Shown here piece after piece: positions 61,801 through 64,000 of a stretch of 64,000 bases of DNA (within the stretch, counting starts at the first letter, position 1; the number at the start of each line of letters is the position of its first letter). The position numbers were made by a program, and so were the translations under genes. Location: NCBI GenBank assembly GCA_965235115.1, contig OZ249440.1, positions 34,722,001 through 34,786,000 of the forward strand, given 5' to 3'. Below the pieces are notes generated by a model. It saw only the letters and a list, made by a program, of their open reading frames with translations, ran no database searches and was not told where the DNA came from. The DNA comes from Laetmonice hystrix (taxonomy: Eukaryota).

Positions 61801-63190
61801 AATGGTTGCAGTATTGCTTTGTTTTTCCAAGTAGCCATTTTCGTTCTTGGACCAGCTATGTGCTGATTGAAAAGCGTCCCTTCTTGGCATGTAGCGCAGT
61901 CACTTGCCATGCATTTTTCATTTGTTGCGTCACAAACATACATTTCCAGAAATTCCTGCGAATACAGAGGAATAATAGATGTTTTTCTGTGGAGAGATTC
62001 CAAGAGCAAGATCATGTTTTCATGTGTAATGCAGACGCAGACGTTGTGAGGCATATCTTGAGCCAGTAGGACTTCTTTTGGGCGCAGTGAACAAAAAGTG
62101 GATCTTCCAATGTTGCATTCCGGATTATCAAGTTTAAATAGAGCAAATGCTTCATCAAGAGTCATCATAAGATGGCGTTTCTGTTTATGTACTCTTGTCC
62201 CATTTTCCTTGATTGAAATGGTATCCGCTTTCCCAGGGCTTACGCATGAGACATCATCTCTGTTGTAAAACAGTTCAACCTTTTCCAGTGTGTCATCAGA
62301 AATTCTTGTTCGCTCAATTCTTTTTTCTTCTGTGTTTATAGACCCCAACACTTTAGCTGCCACATGTGCTACGACAGCTTTTTTCTTGCGAGGACTTTTT
62401 GGCAAGGATTTTTCAACCCATCGGGATGCCTTTCCCAGAGAAGCGGGCGATTTGTATGCCCTTTTATTAGCCTCATCATGATCGGTTTGAGTGGCACCTT
62501 TGCTAGTTGGCCTATTCCCCTTTCGCAGCCGCCACAAGCGCGTTTGGAGCTTGGTACACCTCCGTAACTTTGTAAGTTGCAGCATGGGGTCAGCAGCCAC
62601 TCGTGCCCTCCTGTCCCTCTGCCTTTCCGCTGGAGTTTTCCCCATTCTTACGACCTGAAAATTTTATAATAGCCTATAAATATTTGAGGTTATATAGGCC
62701 CTACACTCTTTCACCGTTATCAGTTAACAGACTGCGAATTATAGGCCAATTAGGCTGAGACCTAAGGACATGCGCGAAGGAATAACATGCCCAGGCTATG
62801 AATTTGACTCTGTCATTCTGTGATTTTGTGATTCCGTCACGGCTATTTTGTGATTTTGTGATTCCGTCACGCTTATAATTGCCTGAACTGAGGGAAACGA
62901 TACAATCTCTGTGCTATAACATTATGAAGAATCGTGTTTTAGCATTAGAAAACACAAAAAACGGCATATTAATGCATAAATTTTTTAGGGAGAAAAAACT
63001 ATTTGGTAAAAATAGTGATGGAATCACCGATTTTGCATGTTAGCGATTTTAGCGAGCCGGTAGAAGTGTGCCCTACATTCTCAGTCATGCCCACGAACTA
63101 CGTTATTCATAACTTGCAATCTTCATTTCTATGTATACTACAGTTACTCCTCTTTCCAACGGTACTATGGATAATATACGTACCTTCACT
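58810..63190 (-). mobile_element. Sola2-like DNA transposon; frameshifted transposase (62645-59474) with C-terminal PHD finger, split by a LINE
   Basis: LPKSPRKK..V, FY.RDDVS...PGK.D, IG.S.FC.LRP..V..C.C..HEN, QMDFSENY...Q....AHW, WTDGPSSQF.N, HGKGPVD; C..C...WI.C..C..WYH..C...C..C; GTGACGGAATCAC subterminal repeats inverted on the right; exact termini uncertain. Confidence 0.78.
60510..61558 (+). mobile_element. 5'-truncated I/Nimb-like LINE with RNase H domain
   Basis: YTDGSK, SIFSAEA.ALL.AL, IFSDS.S.L, WVPGHVGIPGNE.AD..AK, RIGH, CCHC; (CACT)n tail; 13-bp TSD CTGTGCCAAATGA at 60497-60509 and 61559-61571. Confidence 0.93.
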
Positions 63191-63365
63191 CTGAGCTGGA
63201 TGTGAGGGGATTTTAAAATGGGTCAAACGGCGGGCTAACACAGCTGAGTTGACCTCGCTGCGATGAGGACGTTACGTCATTAACGTCCTGCAGTCCGCAG
63301 CAAATTATTAATACTTGTGACGTAATAAACATTATAATGCACAAGAAAAGTAAATACCAGGATAC

Positions 63366-64000
63366 TTTTTTTTTTTTTTTAATCCATGTTTCTTTATTAC
63401 AGTCATATACAAAAAGAATACACTCCTTTTTTTAAATCCATCCATAGCTCTATAAACACTGTAATAAATAGGCTGCTTTTCAGCTTAGCGCTGGTTTTCG
63501 GCGGCAACCTTTTTTAGCCCATATATTTAAAACCCGTTCTCGTCTTCTAGTTCACATTGGTGCAAAAAACTCTTACATCTTATAACCTAAACAAGCACAA
63601 CTACAACAACAAAAATTTAACAAAGAATTTTAACAAAATATTTAACAAAATTTGACAAAGATGTAACAAAAAAACAAGAAAACAACACAGAACCAAAACT
63701 TCAACAATTTAGGCACAATTTACCTTACTGGTCTCTCTTTTAAATAAAATCTGCTATTGGAATAGTTGACCGGAGTTCATTCTTTATTAAATATTTAAAG
63801 TCTTTTATGGATGTCAGAAGTCTAAGAGTGATATCATTGTTCCAAATTTTACCTGTTGAGTATTCAACACTTCTTTGATAAGCTGCTGTGTGAGGTGTGA
63901 AAATTTTCAATATTGGCCCTTCCCGGTTTCTAGTTCGGCTATGTTGTTTGTCAATATACTTTTCGTTTTGGGCTCTCTTGAAAGCCAATATCTTCTGGTG
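63366..64000 (-). mobile_element. 3' end of a CR1/L2-like LINE running off the window
   Basis: ORF2 C-terminus (TR...P.L......YQRSV.Y....WN) ending at 63740; AATAAA + poly(A) at 63366-63397 on minus. Confidence 0.7.

Noticed and set aside
1..64000. tRNA, rRNA or prokaryotic operons
   Set aside because: None recognised by eye; a covariance-model scan was not possible

Overview
Eukaryotic (animal, probably marine invertebrate) DNA made almost entirely of nested, internally deleted transposable-element fragments; no intact multi-exon host gene was recognised. Recognised pieces: APE-RT LINEs (CR1/RTEX-like, plus a young I/Nimb-like family with a (CACT)n tail), Gypsy gag/pol/chromo-integrase/env, Copia, BEL, EnSpm, MULE, Harbinger, Sola2-like, hAT-like MITEs, a tyrosine-recombinase gene and a herpes-type deubiquitinase fragment. 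Two results stand out. (1) ~25.0-33.4 kb is a deleted Polinton/Maverick (adintovirus-like) remnant, with an AGTAGT terminus at 33371, a QxGG-F peptide and a double-PC4 gene. It carries an intronless RNA ligase (RLIG1/C12orf29 homolog) behind a duplicated copy of the element's own promoter region, next to a CARD-PC4-PC4 fusion gene, making it a candidate virus-borne RNA-repair/anti-immunity cassette. (2) About 25 recognisable coding fragments lie on the minus strand, as expected for a uni-strand piRNA cluster or a large intron transcribed on +. All family assignments come from motif recognition by eye, not database searches.
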